This document shows, piece by piece, positions 30,236 through 41,117 of a stretch of DNA of 62,015 bases. The notes under the pieces are model-generated. The model was not told the origin of the DNA, searched no databases, and saw nothing but the letters and a program-made list of their open reading frames with translations. This DNA is from an uncultured Syntrophomonas sp. (GTDB taxonomy: Bacteria > Bacillota > Syntrophomonadia > Syntrophomonadales > Syntrophomonadaceae): positions 1 through 62,015 of the forward strand of contig CAZOZX010000001.1 of assembly GCA_964584415.1 (NCBI GenBank), in the 5' to 3' direction. Numbering within the stretch: position 1 is the stretch's first letter; every line of letters begins with the position of its first letter. The position numbers were made by a program, and so were the translations under genes.

Positions 30236-31387
30236 TCAGCCTACAAACTGACTTAGTACCTGATTGGAAATGAAATATGCCCGGGATGACAAGTAAATAT
30301 TGTTATCAACTTCTAACAGACCTTGAGATTGGCACCTGGCAATGGTCTTGTCAAAATAAGTGAGCAGATCGACGCCAAAACGCTTCCGGAAATTCTCCCG
30401 GTTAATCCCATCGGTCAAGCGCAAACCCATCACCACCGCCTCGGCCATTTTCTGTTTAGAATCCATGGTTTCCAGTACCTGCCGGAAGTTTGACTCCTCT
30501 TCCCAAATTGACCTCATATAGGTTTCTAAAGGGGGAGGATTTAGGATTCGCTGCCATCCGTCAAAACTAACCGCGCCAACCCCTATCCCCAAATAGGGCC
30601 CGACGTTCCAGTAAATCAGATTGTGGCGGCAGTGATACCCCGGCAGAGCAAAGTTGGAAATCTCGTATTGTCTATAGCCCCGTTCCTGCAGAAAATCCCT
30701 GGTGAAATAATATATGTCGGATTGAGTTTCATCATCTGGCATAGTCAGTTCCCCCGCAGCTATCTGATGGGCCAAGGGTGTGACCGGATTAAGCTGCAGC
30801 AGATAGGCAGATATATGCTGGGGATAAAGGCTGCCCGCTTTACGCAAGTTAGACTGCCAAACCTCCTTGCTTTGGCCTGGCAAACCGTAGATAAGGTCGA
30901 TGTTTACGTTATGCAGGCCGGCCTGGTCAGCCCAATTTAAACATTCGACCGCCTGCTGGGCATTATGCATGCGCCCCAGAAGCTTTAGCTCCTGGTCAGC
31001 AAAGCTTTGGACTCCTATGGACAGCCGGTTTATTCCCATTCTTCGATAATCCAGCAAGGTTTGGCGGGTAACCGTGGCTGGATTAACCTCAATCGTAATC
31101 TCTGGTTCCCGATCCGGCTGAAAATATCTATATATGGCGGAAATAATTCTTTCCAGCTGTCTTGGATCCATAAGGCTAGGGGTACCGCCGCCGAAATATA
31201 TACTCCTGAAAGGGGATCGGAACTCAAAGGTTCGCCGTGATAATTCAAGAATTAAACAGTCGGCGTACCTCTCATATAACTCTGGATCAACCATGGGCAG
31301 GGAATAAAAATCGCAGTAATTACATTTGTGCAGGCAAAAAGGAACATGAATATATATGCCCATAGAATCGGGACTATTATTCACCAT
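30236..31387 (-). CDS. hemW: radical SAM heme chaperone HemW (HemN-like, oxygen-independent coproporphyrinogen oxidase family)
   Basis: 383 aa. [16 protein letters not shown] radical SAM motif and HemN C-terminal domain. The start could be 31387, 31384 or 31363. Confidence 0.85.
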   Translation of the reverse strand: MVNNSPDSMGIYIHVPFCLHKCNYCDFYSLPMVDPELYERYADCLILELSRRTFEFRSPFRSIYFGGGTPSLMDPRQLERIISAIYRYFQPDREPEITIEVNPATVTRQTLLDYRRMGINRLSIGVQSFADQELKLLGRMHNAQQAVECLNWADQAGLHNVNIDLIYGLPGQSKEVWQSNLRKAGSLYPQHISAYLLQLNPVTPLAHQIAAGELTMPDDETQSDIYYFTRDFLQERGYRQYEISNFALPGYHCRHNLIYWNVGPYLGIGVGAVSFDGWQRILNPPPLETYMRSIWEEESNFRQVLETMDSKQKMAEAVVMGLRLTDGINRENFRKRFGVDLLTYFDKTIARCQSQGLLEVDNNIYLSSRAYFISNQVLSQFVG

Positions 31388-33176
31388 CTATCTCCATTAC
31401 CGACATAAAAGCATCACGGGGCACCTCTATCTTGCCAATCTGCTTCATCCGCTTTTTGCCTTCCTTTTGTTTCTCCAGCAATTTCTTCTTCCGGGTGATA
31501 TCCCCGCCGTAACACTTGGCCAGTACATCTTTACGCAGAGCTTTAACGCTCTCCCGGGCAATTACCCGGTTGCCGATAGATGCTTGGATAGCCACCTCAT
31601 AGAGCTGGCGGGGAATAATTTTGCGGAGCTTCTCGGCTAAAGCCCGAGCCCGGTAATAGGCCTTATCCTTATGGCAAATGGTACTCAAGGCATCAACCGT
31701 CTCTCCGTTTAACATGATATCGAGTTTGACCAGCTCAGAAACCTCAAAACCACGTAAATCATAATCCAGTGATGCATAACCACGGGTTCTTGATTTTAAA
31801 CCATCAAAAAAGTCTACTAAAATCTCTGCCAGTGGCAGGCTATAGCTTAAAACAACCCGGTGAGGCGTAAGGTACTCCATATTAAGGAACTGGCCGCGTT
31901 TCTCCTGACATAGTTCCATAACCGTTCCAACGTAGTCATTGGGAACCATTATTGATGCCTTTACATATGGTTCCATAACCTTATCAATTCTTTGTGGGTC
32001 AGGCCAGCGACTAGGATTACGGACTAATATCTCGCTTCCATCAGTCAGCAACAACCGGTACACAACACTGGGAGCAGTAGCCATGAGGGTCAAGTCGTAC
32101 TCTCTCTCCAGCCTTTCCTTAACAATCTCCAAATGGAGCAATCCTAAAAATCCGCAGCGGAAACCTAATCCCAGGGCGTCTGAAGATTCCGGTTCGTAAA
32201 CCAGGGACGAATCATTCAGTTTCAGTTTTTCAAGAGCATCACGCAGTCTCTCAAAATCATTGTTTTCAAGGGGGTAAAGCCCGCAAAAAACCACCGGTTT
32301 TATCTCCTGGTAACCTTCCAGGGGACCGAGGGCAGGATTGTCACTGAGGGTAATCGTATCCCCGACCTTGGTGTCGGTAACGTTCTTTATTGCCGCAGCT
32401 AAATAACCCACTTCCCCAGCTTTGAGACAATCAACCATGGTCATAAACGGCGACAAGACTCCCAGTTCGGTAACCTCGAAATCTTTACCGCTGGACATCA
32501 TCCTGATCATATCACCCTTGCACAACCGGCCGGAATCAACTCTTATATAAGATATAGCTCCTTTGTACGGATCAAAATAGGAATCGAATATAAGCGCTCT
32601 AAGTTTGTCATTGGCATCACCCCTGGGCGGCGGGACTCTATTTACGATGGCTTCAAGCACTTCCTCGATACCAAGCCCCAATTTGGCTGAAATAGGTATT
32701 ATCTCCTCTTTATCGATACCAAGCACATCTTCCATTTCCTGTTTAACTGCCTCAGGTTCCGCACCGGGCAAGTCTATTTTATTTACAACCCCTATTATCT
32801 CTAGATTCATGTCCATAGCCATGTAGACATTAGCTAAGGTCTGTGCCTCAATCCCTTGGGAAGCGTCTACAACCAGTAATGCTCCTTCACAAGCGGCCAG
32901 GCTCCTTGAGACTTCATATGAAAAGTCAACGTGCCCCGGTGTATCTATAAGGTTCAATATAGAGGTTTGACCGTCACGAGCGGTATAATTGAGGCGGACC
33001 GGCTGAAGTTTAATGGTAATCCCCTTTTCCCGCTCCAGATCCATCTTGTCTAAAAACTGTTCCCGCATCTCCCGGGCACTCAAGGCGCCGGTAATCTGCA
33101 GCAGCCGGTCAGCTAAAGTTGATTTACCATGATCTATATGAGCAATAATACTGAAGTTTCTTATCCGATCCTGCAA
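31377..33176 (-). CDS. lepA: translation elongation factor 4 (LepA)
   Basis: [17 protein letters not shown]1 and DTPGHVDF G3 motifs, plus the LepA C-terminal domain. Start proposed at TTG 33176 (GGAGGG 6 nt upstream), giving [10 protein letters not shown]. The ORF track extends to 33224. Confidence 0.9.
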   Translation of the reverse strand: MQDRIRNFSIIAHIDHGKSTLADRLLQITGALSAREMREQFLDKMDLEREKGITIKLQPVRLNYTARDGQTSILNLIDTPGHVDFSYEVSRSLAACEGALLVVDASQGIEAQTLANVYMAMDMNLEIIGVVNKIDLPGAEPEAVKQEMEDVLGIDKEEIIPISAKLGLGIEEVLEAIVNRVPPPRGDANDKLRALIFDSYFDPYKGAISYIRVDSGRLCKGDMIRMMSSGKDFEVTELGVLSPFMTMVDCLKAGEVGYLAAAIKNVTDTKVGDTITLSDNPALGPLEGYQEIKPVVFCGLYPLENNDFERLRDALEKLKLNDSSLVYEPESSDALGLGFRCGFLGLLHLEIVKERLEREYDLTLMATAPSVVYRLLLTDGSEILVRNPSRWPDPQRIDKVMEPYVKASIMVPNDYVGTVMELCQEKRGQFLNMEYLTPHRVVLSYSLPLAEILVDFFDGLKSRTRGYASLDYDLRGFEVSELVKLDIMLNGETVDALSTICHKDKAYYRARALAEKLRKIIPRQLYEVAIQASIGNRVIARESVKALRKDVLAKCYGGDITRKKKLLEKQKEGKKRMKQIGKIEVPRDAFMSVMEIDGE

Positions 33177-33336
33177 AACAAACCCTCCACAAAACATCCA
33201 TTGGCCAATACAACCGCCCTTCATTATACCCTATCCGAGTTCGTATCATCAATCCGGCCAAATAGAGTGTAAATTTTTATCATGCCCTTACTTCTGCTAT
33301 GATTAGGAATAGAATTTGGCAAGGGGGATTAATAGT

Positions 33337-33582
33337 ATGAGTGATCTTATTTTTGCATTCCTATTCCCTGCGGTTTTAGTGGCATTTTACATCGGGCTAA
33401 ATTGGTCAGTCTTCCAGCAGAGCAGAATACTGCAATTCCTGATCGGTCTGGGCGTTTTACTTTATTTTTCCGGGTTGGTATTTGACCGGGTTAATCCCTC
33501 ATTTGGATCTCTATTAAGGTTATCCGGTGCTTTGCTTTTTGTAGCACTGGTAGTATATCAGGCCATTAAGCGGCGCAAATAA
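33337..33582 (+). CDS. hypothetical small membrane protein (3 predicted TM segments)
   Basis: ATG 33337 behind AAGGGGGA. Translation MSDLIFAFLFPAVLVAFYIGLNW... is hydrophobic. No family recognised. Confidence 0.4.
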   Translation: MSDLIFAFLFPAVLVAFYIGLNWSVFQQSRILQFLIGLGVLLYFSGLVFDRVNPSFGSLLRLSGALLFVALVVYQAIKRRK

Positions 33583-33610
33583 AAACCCGGCCTTATACGG
33601 CCGGGTTATT
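33581..33610. terminator. hairpin terminator between convergent genes
   Basis: ACCCGGCC-UUAUAC-GGCCGGGU. The U-run is strong on the minus strand (UUUUUAUUU) and weaker on the plus strand. Confidence 0.65.
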
Positions 33611-33620
33611 GAGCAATGAC

Positions 33621-33917
33621 TCATTGCATCAAGTTGCTATACGTAGTTAAGGCCCTGCCCATGGATTTGAATGATTTCCAGGCCTGAACTATGATAATAT
33701 GCTCTATTTCTTTAGTTTTTGCCACAGTAGCTTGTCTGCTGATAACATAGTTTTCACCAAGGGTAGAGATTTCAATTACATTACTGTTGGTTTGCAGCAC
33801 CAGGATTGGATCCTGGGATAATGTAAGACTGTTTATACCCCGCGCAGAAAGGTTTAGCCCCATGCAAGCCAGGACCAACACCAGTACAACTAGTGAAGCA
33901 TGATACGCCCTCACCAT
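33621..33917 (-). CDS. hypothetical secreted/membrane-anchored protein downstream of spoIIP (position of B. subtilis yqxA)
   Basis: 98 aa with an N-terminal hydrophobic signal/anchor. 3-nt gap after spoIIP. Only positional similarity to yqxA. Confidence 0.45.
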   Translation of the reverse strand: MVRAYHASLVVLVLVLACMGLNLSARGINSLTLSQDPILVLQTNSNVIEISTLGENYVISRQATVAKTKEIEHIIIVQAWKSFKSMGRALTTYSNLMQ

Positions 33918-33920
33918 TTC

Positions 33921-34973
33921 TTATTTTGCCTCCTTAAGTACCTCTATCAATATTTGGACAAACAATTGGGCTGATTGGGTAACCTCATCCAGCGTATTGG
34001 TATCACTGCCGAATTCTAAAAGCAAAGCCCGGGGATGATATTCCTGATTATATGTTCCAGCCTTAGTTATTACCCCCTTGATTAATCCCGGATACATCTT
34101 TTCGCCCTTGCTATAAATCTTTTGGGCAAAATCATAATTTTGTTTCCAGTTAGGGTGAGGCTTGCGCTCATTAGTACCTACCACAATCAAAATACGAGCA
34201 CATTTTCTGCCATCAACCAATATAGTGGTGGATTTTCCTTCACCTGGTATACTATCCCGGTGGATATCAAACAGACCCAGGATGTTTTTATTAGCGGCAA
34301 CAATTTTACTCACAGTTTGGCGTGACAGGGTATAGCTCTTGTTGTAATCGCTATCGTGAATGGTATCTACAAACTGGGCGGGCAGACCAGAATCTTCCAA
34401 GGAGTTCGTTATCGTGGCAGCCACCTGATTGATCAGCCCTCTTTTTCCGTCCAGACGAGCTTGGCCGCTGTTGGGAGTATAGGTTTCCCCGCTGTGCGTA
34501 CAATAGAGGAATACCTGGCTTTTTTGAAAACGAGCCAGTGTCTCTGGGTCCACAGCCAACGGTTGCTCCATGTCCCCTGGGTTTTCATCAATTGATCCGC
34601 CATCTTCCTCAGAATCGGCAACAATATCGTCTTCACTATATTCGGCGAAAGCCAGAGCCTGTATGTGAGACCCAATTAAACTTTCCGAAATGGCTGAAGC
34701 ATTATACTCATCCTCCAACTTACGGTCGGGCACATTATCTGCTCCCGCCAAAAGAACATTGTTCTCCTGTAAAAGCAGCTCAGCTTGTCTTTCCGTAATT
34801 TGTACCCCGGAAAAAGCCAGGGAAATACGCTCAATACTGAGGAAATTCATTCCCTCAGTGTAGCGGCGGCTGATATCCATACTCAGGCCAATAATCACGA
34901 CAGCCAAAAATAACTGTATGAGTAACATCCCTTTAAAAAAAGAGATTAAGTTTCGTTTTCTCACCCAGATCAC
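33921..34973 (-). CDS. spoIIP: stage II sporulation protein P
   Basis: 350 aa. N-terminal TM, then a SpoIIP amidase-like domain (VFLYCTHSGETY...DIHRD...ILIVVG). Synteny with lepA and rpsT. Confidence 0.85.
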   Translation of the reverse strand: MIWVRKRNLISFFKGMLLIQLFLAVVIIGLSMDISRRYTEGMNFLSIERISLAFSGVQITERQAELLLQENNVLLAGADNVPDRKLEDEYNASAISESLIGSHIQALAFAEYSEDDIVADSEEDGGSIDENPGDMEQPLAVDPETLARFQKSQVFLYCTHSGETYTPNSGQARLDGKRGLINQVAATITNSLEDSGLPAQFVDTIHDSDYNKSYTLSRQTVSKIVAANKNILGLFDIHRDSIPGEGKSTTILVDGRKCARILIVVGTNERKPHPNWKQNYDFAQKIYSKGEKMYPGLIKGVITKAGTYNQEYHPRALLLEFGSDTNTLDEVTQSAQLFVQILIEVLKEAK

Positions 34974-35092
34974 CTCGCCCCCAGTGCTGATAAATTCTAT
35001 TCTGTAAAACCTTAAATAGAACTAAAACTGGGACAAGATGATAATTTAATGTGTTTATAGTATTACGCCGATAAAAAAAGCTATCCCTGGCA

Positions 35093-35121
35093 TTGCAAAA
35101 AATAACCTGTAGTGATATAGT
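35093..35121 (+). promoter_or_regulatory. candidate sigma-A promoter of rpsT
   Basis: TTGCAA (35093-35098), 17 nt, TATAGT (35116-35121). Confidence 0.55.
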
Positions 35122-35158
35122 ATCTCTGTTGACTTTAAATATCCAAGGAGGTGAAAGT

Positions 35159-35425
35159 GTGGCAAAAAGCAAGACTCCTGCCAAGAGAGCCAGGAATGCA
35201 GAGAAGGCCAGAGTAAGAAATAAGGCTTATAAGAGCCAATTAAAAACCAGTATAAAGGGTTTTGAGGCATCTCTGACTTCTGATAGTATGGACGCAAGCA
35301 GGGAGAAACTGTTGCAGGCAACCTCCTTGATAGATAAAAGCGTATCCAAAGGTATTTTGCACAAAAATAATGCCGCCCGGAAAAAATCCCGGCTAACCAA
35401 GAAATTAAACGCTCTGGCACAATAA
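35159..35425 (+). CDS. rpsT: 30S ribosomal protein S20
   Basis: GTG start 35159 behind AAGGAGGTG. Translation VAKSKTPAKRARNAEKARVRNKAYKSQLKT... is typical of S20 (88 aa). The ORF-track N-terminal extension is rejected. Confidence 0.9.
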   Translation: MAKSKTPAKRARNAEKARVRNKAYKSQLKTSIKGFEASLTSDSMDASREKLLQATSLIDKSVSKGILHKNNAARKKSRLTKKLNALAQ

Positions 35426-35440
35426 GCAAAATCGACCTGA

Positions 35441-35467
35441 AACCTGTTCTTTGAACAGGTTTTTTAT
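35441..35467 (+). terminator. intrinsic terminator after rpsT
   Basis: AACCUGUUC-UUUG-GAACAGGUU followed by UUUUUAUUUU. Overlaps the holA stop on the other strand. Confidence 0.7.
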
Positions 35468-36447
35468 TTTCTGGTGCACAGTTCCACCAGCAGGGTTTCC
35501 ATAATAATCTGAGGGTCTTTGGACTCACTCTTAAAGGTTATGTCTGCACCCAGTAATTTTTCAAAAATACGGCGAATGTCCCCTGAGGTGAAACGAGACG
35601 ATTTGTCCAGCATTTTCTTGACCACAAAATCCTTCTGGCCAGTCAACTGGGCTATTTGGGTATTACTTTGGCCGGATTTATGATAGAACATGACCTTACT
35701 CAAAGCAACAAACTGCTGGGTTATCATCGCTAATAACAGTAAATGGGATTGTCCCTGTTCCATAAGTTGGTGGAAAGCGGCCAGCGATAACTTGACGTTG
35801 CGGCTAAGCAAAGCATCGGTCAGCTTGAATATATTGATATCATGCTGACTGTCAAGGTGCTCATCCAAATCGTCCATGCCCAGCGACCCTTCCCCCTTTA
35901 TCAACGACAACTTGTCCAACATATTTTCCAGGTAATACATATCCTGCCCAGAACCGGCGATCCGGCTAATAACAGCGGGGGACGCCTGCATTTTCCGCTG
36001 TTCTATTTCCGTTCGGCACCACTTCTCCAGATCCTTTGGGGATAAGGACTTGATATTTATGACCCGGGCCATCTTACTAAGGAATTTATTTATTGGGTTG
36101 GAGGTATTATTCTCGGTTGCAGTCAGTATAAGCACCTGGCCATTGTTGTCACGCTGAAAATAATCCTCTAACACCTGCAGTCTGTCTTCCATCTTCTTCA
36201 TCTTTCGAGATGACTTTCCCAGCCACCATGGATTTTTAATAATGACTACACGAGACATCGCAAATAGAGGGCTGAACTCCAATATCTGCCCAAATTCGGC
36301 TGCAGATGGCTCATCGGCATCTACCGGTACAATCTCCGGATCCTCACTGGCCGTTACCAGCTCTGAAATCAATTCCCTGATTTTTTTATCAATAAGGTAG
36401 CTTTCTGATCCCCACAAGAAATAAACAACATTATTAACCATCTGCAA
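35464..36447 (-). CDS. holA: DNA polymerase III delta subunit
   Basis: 327 aa HolA family. Conserved position next to comEC and rpsT. Confidence 0.85.
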   Translation of the reverse strand: MQMVNNVVYFLWGSESYLIDKKIRELISELVTASEDPEIVPVDADEPSAAEFGQILEFSPLFAMSRVVIIKNPWWLGKSSRKMKKMEDRLQVLEDYFQRDNNGQVLILTATENNTSNPINKFLSKMARVINIKSLSPKDLEKWCRTEIEQRKMQASPAVISRIAGSGQDMYYLENMLDKLSLIKGEGSLGMDDLDEHLDSQHDINIFKLTDALLSRNVKLSLAAFHQLMEQGQSHLLLLAMITQQFVALSKVMFYHKSGQSNTQIAQLTGQKDFVVKKMLDKSSRFTSGDIRRIFEKLLGADITFKSESKDPQIIMETLLVELCTRK

Positions 36448-36545
36448 TCGTACCTCGGTTTCAATTTGCGAATCGGCTCACCGTATATCATATTCATTAT
36501 AAACATTCCTCTGCGTCAACGGCTAGATATCTGATCCAACAATAA

Positions 36546-37967
36546 TCACCACTTCATCCAGGCTGAAATTCTCCCCAATACGTAACCGCTAGTAAAAAAA
36601 ACTACCTTGCGATGTTGGGCGGGCTTTGGCTGCAGACTATGCCAGAGTCGGGTAAAATAAAGCAAGGCTAGGATGGCAGACAGCAATTCCGAAATCGAGA
36701 ACGCCAACCAAACGCCGTTTATCCCCAGGTAATAGGAAAGGATAAATATAGCCGGCAGGAAAAATCCGATCTGTCTAATTATTGACAGCGCCATAGCGCT
36801 TACTCCCCTGTCTACCGATTGTAAAACGCTGCCCAAGATTATGATCGGGCCCATTACCGGCAGGCAGAGGGTAGCCAATCTTAGGCAGGATATACCCGCC
36901 AGTATCAATTCCCTATCGCTGGTGAAACGGCTCATTAGCCATTCAGAATTAGCCTGCATCGCTAACCAACCTACTAATACAAATATAAAGGAGACAACCG
37001 AAGCCTTGATTATGGCCTCTTTTACTCTTTCATGGTCGCCGGCACCATATGCAAATCCGATAATAGGCATGGCCCCCTGGGTCAGTCCATAAACAGGCAT
37101 ATAGATCAAAGACCGTATTCTTGAGAATATGCCCATAACTGCAACCGCAACGCTGCCAAAACCTAACAGTATTTTATTGAACAATACCAACAGGGCTACG
37201 CTCAACAACTCCATTAGTAAAGCTGGCAGCCCCACCTTGTATATACCGAATAAAACTCTTAAATCAGGTCTAAAATGGTGCCAAGACCAGGACAAATAAA
37301 CCCGCGACCTATACATTGTCTGCAGAGAAATCAGCGAGCAGAAAGCCAGAGCTATAATATCTGCCCAGGCTGCGCCACTCAATCCCATTGGCGGCAAAGG
37401 CCCCAGTCCGAATATCAACACCGGATCCAGAATTACGTTGAACATAATACCAACAACCGCAAGAAGAATTGGCAGGGAGGCATTTCCTTCACCCTGAAGG
37501 ATGTTCCCGCATATCATCGGTATAAACGTGAATAAGCTGCCCATTAATATTATATAGAGATATTGTCTGCACATGGAATAAAGCTCCGCTGTACAGCCAA
37601 ACATCCGCAGGAGTCCGTCAATATTAGCCACTCCCAGGCAAGAAAAAAGCACACCATAGATGACGCATATAATCAGGCCATGCCAGGCAATGTTGTCAGC
37701 CCTTTTATATTCCCTCATCCCTAATGTGCGGGAGAGCAGTGATGTAATTCCGACTCCTGTGGCTGATCCTACCGATACCAATAGTATCTCAATAGGTATA
37801 CATAACGTTATCGCCGCCAAAGCGCCGGTACCTAATTTGGCCACAAAAAAGGTATCAATTAGACCAAACAAGGAGTATATAATCATGCCAGTAATGGCAG
37901 GCAAGGAAAGCCTGAGCATTAACCGGCCCACTCTATCCTCGAAAATCTTATCTTCAGTTCTGTTCAT
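36546..37967 (-). CDS. MATE family efflux transporter
   Basis: 473 aa, about 12 TM helices, MATE-like N-terminus (RLSLPAITGMIIYSLFGLIDTFFVAKLG). Confidence 0.85.
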   Translation of the reverse strand: MNRTEDKIFEDRVGRLMLRLSLPAITGMIIYSLFGLIDTFFVAKLGTGALAAITLCIPIEILLVSVGSATGVGITSLLSRTLGMREYKRADNIAWHGLIICVIYGVLFSCLGVANIDGLLRMFGCTAELYSMCRQYLYIILMGSLFTFIPMICGNILQGEGNASLPILLAVVGIMFNVILDPVLIFGLGPLPPMGLSGAAWADIIALAFCSLISLQTMYRSRVYLSWSWHHFRPDLRVLFGIYKVGLPALLMELLSVALLVLFNKILLGFGSVAVAVMGIFSRIRSLIYMPVYGLTQGAMPIIGFAYGAGDHERVKEAIIKASVVSFIFVLVGWLAMQANSEWLMSRFTSDRELILAGISCLRLATLCLPVMGPIIILGSVLQSVDRGVSAMALSIIRQIGFFLPAIFILSYYLGINGVWLAFSISELLSAILALLYFTRLWHSLQPKPAQHRKVVFFTSGYVLGRISAWMKW

Positions 37968-38025
37968 TTCACCCTCCTGCCTATAGTTATGAAGGCCAGG
38001 GGGATTAGTATGACTTTCTCGGCAC

Positions 38026-40311
38026 TTAACGCGAAACCAGGCGCTGACTGTTAACAGAAATATCCAAACCGTTACTGTTTACCGTTACTGCACCATCTCT
38101 ATCAGTACGCAGCACCTTAACCCTCTCCTCAGCCAAGGATTCCAGCACTAAGGGGTGTGGATGTCCAAATGGATTGTCTGCCCCTACGGAAATCACGGCG
38201 TATTTAGGTTGCATCGACTGATAAAATTCCGGGGATAAAGATCCCTTACTGCCATGATGGGGTATCTTTATTAAAGTCACGGGATGCGGCACATATGCGG
38301 CCAGGTCTGATAAGACCGCAGCCGACACATCACCGGTCAATAAAACCGAGAACTGCTTGAAATCAATACTGATAACTACTGAATCACGATTGTTGTCTAA
38401 ACCATCGGAATCAGGTTGAGGATGAAGAACTTTAATATCGAGTTTATCGTCAATCTGAATCGACTTTCCGGCTTCCAGAAACAAACAGGGAACCTTGTTG
38501 TATCGGGCTGCTTCCCGCAATGGCTGATAATCTTCATCCTTTGCCAAGCTAGAAGATATCCCCAGACTTTTAACCGGCATCTCCTCTATAACCTCGACCA
38601 GTCCCTGTACATGGTCCACATCTGGATGGGTACTGATAACCAGGTCTAACTTGCGAATACCTCTATGATGTAAGTAGGGCAATAATCTTTTAGCCCCGAC
38701 ATCGAAAAGCTGGCTCCCTCCGCCATCTACCAGAATGAACCTTCCCCGGGGACTTTTAATCAGAACAGCATCACCCTGGCCAACATCAATAAAAATTATC
38801 TCCATTTCTCCTCTATTGTAGATACCAGGCGGTAGAAAGAGAATTATCAACCAGATTAATAATAATCCTGCTGCTGGTATACAAAACCGGGAACTATGCA
38901 GGCGTAGTGAATACAATAGCAGAGCCAAAGCTGCATAATATAATCCGACCAAGATTGGGCTGGGGCTGGCTACCCAAATATATGCTCCCGGCATCTTTGC
39001 CACCCAATCGACCAACCTTAAAATGAGTTCAATAGACATACCGGCTGGATATATAAATATGGAAGCAATTAACGGCAGCCATATAGAAAAGATACTGGCT
39101 AAAAAGCCAAGGATGACAGCGGCTCCAGAAAGATAGGTGGTTGCTATATTGGTAAGAATTGAGCTAGGTGTAAAAAGATTAAAATGGTAGGCCACCAAGG
39201 GCAGTATCGCCATTTCAGCGCAAATCGGAACCAGGATTATATCCTTGATAAGACCGCGACCCGGAAGGCAAGAGCGTAAGCACGGGAATATATAAACCAA
39301 CCCTGCAGTAGCCAGCATGGTTAATTGAAAACTAAGGTTAAATAATTGCATCGGATCGAAAAGTAAAATAGCCGATCCGGAAATCGCCAAAGCGTTCAGG
39401 AGACCGTTTTCTCGCCCGCTCAAATAGGCCAACAATCCCAAGATTCCCATAAGAACGGCTCGAATAACCGGGGGTGGCCAACCCACCATAGCACCATATA
39501 CTATTAAGCTGGTCACCCCAGCTACAAACTTACCCTTGTTTTTTGATCCCGTCAAACCAGCCAGCCAATTGACTAGAACCAACAGAAATCCGACATGCAA
39601 TCCGCCTACTGAAAAAAGATGAACTATACCGGTCTTCTGAAAATCCTCATACTGCTGGTCATCCATTCCTGCCCGGCCACCCCACAACATGCCGAGTAAA
39701 ACCGAAGCCTCCTGTGAAGGCAATTCCGTCCGGGTAAATTTTTCAGCTCTACTGCGTAAGGAATCTACCCACCTGATAACGCCGCTGGCTTTTTGGACAT
39801 TCCGGGCCTGGGCCGGATCTTTAACAGTCAAATTGTAGTAAATACCCTGGTTGGCTAAATAGGTTGGAAAATCAAATTCTCCGGGATTTCCCGGGGAGCG
39901 GGGTGGTTTCAACATGCCCTCCAGATTCAAACGATCCCCCCGGGTAAAATCCACCGGGAAAAGACATACAACCCGTATTTTGTGCTGATACGGAGATTCG
40001 CTTTCCGACTCAATTACGAAAACTGTCTTTTGCCCATCAAAATAGGGAATGCTGTCCACTCTTCCGTTTATCTGGACCCCGGTCTGCTCCGGTAGACTGC
40101 CAAGGGGAAGCGGGGCTGCGACCTGGTACAATAGCAGACCTATAAAGATGAAACCCACTATCCAGGCTAGAGAGGGACGTCTTTTAGAACAAAGGCTCAT
40201 ACCTAACACTATTATTAACAACAATGTCAGTAAAAACAGCCAGGCTCTATAATGAGCTAAACAGATGCCCACCGCGAGACAAATAAATATTGCTGACCAT
40301 GAAATCTTCAT
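38026..40311 (-). CDS. comEC: DNA internalization competence protein ComEC/Rec2
   Basis: 761 aa. Polytopic competence domain plus C-terminal metallo-beta-lactamase domain (STHPDVDHVQG). Confidence 0.9.
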   Translation of the reverse strand: MKISWSAIFICLAVGICLAHYRAWLFLLTLLLIIVLGMSLCSKRRPSLAWIVGFIFIGLLLYQVAAPLPLGSLPEQTGVQINGRVDSIPYFDGQKTVFVIESESESPYQHKIRVVCLFPVDFTRGDRLNLEGMLKPPRSPGNPGEFDFPTYLANQGIYYNLTVKDPAQARNVQKASGVIRWVDSLRSRAEKFTRTELPSQEASVLLGMLWGGRAGMDDQQYEDFQKTGIVHLFSVGGLHVGFLLVLVNWLAGLTGSKNKGKFVAGVTSLIVYGAMVGWPPPVIRAVLMGILGLLAYLSGRENGLLNALAISGSAILLFDPMQLFNLSFQLTMLATAGLVYIFPCLRSCLPGRGLIKDIILVPICAEMAILPLVAYHFNLFTPSSILTNIATTYLSGAAVILGFLASIFSIWLPLIASIFIYPAGMSIELILRLVDWVAKMPGAYIWVASPSPILVGLYYAALALLLYSLRLHSSRFCIPAAGLLLIWLIILFLPPGIYNRGEMEIIFIDVGQGDAVLIKSPRGRFILVDGGGSQLFDVGAKRLLPYLHHRGIRKLDLVISTHPDVDHVQGLVEVIEEMPVKSLGISSSLAKDEDYQPLREAARYNKVPCLFLEAGKSIQIDDKLDIKVLHPQPDSDGLDNNRDSVVISIDFKQFSVLLTGDVSAAVLSDLAAYVPHPVTLIKIPHHGSKGSLSPEFYQSMQPKYAVISVGADNPFGHPHPLVLESLAEERVKVLRTDRDGAVTVNSNGLDISVNSQRLVSR

Positions 40312-40315
40312 CTTA

Positions 40316-40948
40316 CTATCTAACCGTTATTAGTTCCTTCAACTCGGCAAATTTTTTATCCCCGATGCCACTGACTTGATTAAGATCCTCTGGCTTGGCA
40401 AATAGGCCGTGGAGGCTGCGATAATCGACAATTCTCTGCGCTATAGTGGGTCCAATACCTGGAAGCTTGTCATCAAGTTCCTGTACACTGGCGGTATTGA
40501 TATTAACCCGTCCCGTTTGTCCCGCCGATAGGGATGCCCCTGATATGATTCCAGTGCTAACCATAGCTGTTGGTTCTTCCCCGGCAAGGGGAACAACAAT
40601 AGCCATTCCATCGTCCAACTTTTGAGCCAGATTAATCATCTGGAGATTGGCCTCCGGCAAAGCCTTAGCCAATTCCACTGCTTCAACCACACGCGCGTCA
40701 ACCGGCAGTTTATATACTCCGGGCTGGGCAACCGCACCGGTTACGTATACCTGGATTATGCTGGATTCCCCCGCATCTTCAACCTTTTGGTCCGAATCAC
40801 TGGTATTCTCCAGTTCAATTTCCTGTTTCTGATTACTGGCATTTCTGAAATCTCCATACTTCATACCCAAAGTAAAAATCAGTATCAATATCAGGATTCC
40901 AGCTGCCCAAAGGTAACGCTTCTCCAAATTAAGCAATTTTACCACCAC
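40316..40948 (-). CDS. comEA: competence protein ComEA (SLBB + helix-hairpin-helix DNA receptor)
   Basis: 210 aa. N-terminal TM, SLBB region (VYVTGAVAQPGVYKL), C-terminal HhH (NINTASVQELDDKLPGIGPTIAQRIVDYR). Confidence 0.85.
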   Translation of the reverse strand: MVVKLLNLEKRYLWAAGILILILIFTLGMKYGDFRNASNQKQEIELENTSDSDQKVEDAGESSIIQVYVTGAVAQPGVYKLPVDARVVEAVELAKALPEANLQMINLAQKLDDGMAIVVPLAGEEPTAMVSTGIISGASLSAGQTGRVNINTASVQELDDKLPGIGPTIAQRIVDYRSLHGLFAKPEDLNQVSGIGDKKFAELKELITVR

Positions 40949-41088
40949 CTTCTACTAATAGTTCTCCGTTTTCCTAATAATCCCTTTTTTGTTATATAGT
41001 TGTTGGTTGAAATTGGGCCGCTTATTGGGTAAAACGCTATGGCCGGGATTTCGGTGCTGGCCATCATCGGACCAAAAATCATAATTGG

Positions 41089-41117
41089 TTGACTTTGAAG
41101 GTTTCTTATCATATAAT
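41089..41117 (+). promoter_or_regulatory. near-consensus sigma-A promoter of the leuS leader
   Basis: TTGACT (41089-41094), exactly 17 nt, TATAAT (41112-41117). Confidence 0.75.

Noticed and set aside
33177-33224. N-terminal extensions in the ORF track for lepA. The same issue affects hrcA (30140-30163), glyQ (10634-10657), rpsT (35093-35158), yqeK (45057-45179), the DUF1232 gene (60329-60490) and rodA (61492-61551)
   Set aside because: In each case an internal start with a good Shine-Dalgarno sequence gives the family-typical N-terminus. The extension either overlaps a neighbouring gene or a regulatory site (for example CIRCE) or adds atypical residues.
34933-35528. 83-aa and 157-aa minus-strand ORFs spanning the spoIIP-rpsT intergenic region and antisense to rpsT
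   Set aside because: They overlap the clearly real rpsT gene (promoter, RBS, S20 sequence, terminator) and its promoter region. No RBS or recognisable family.
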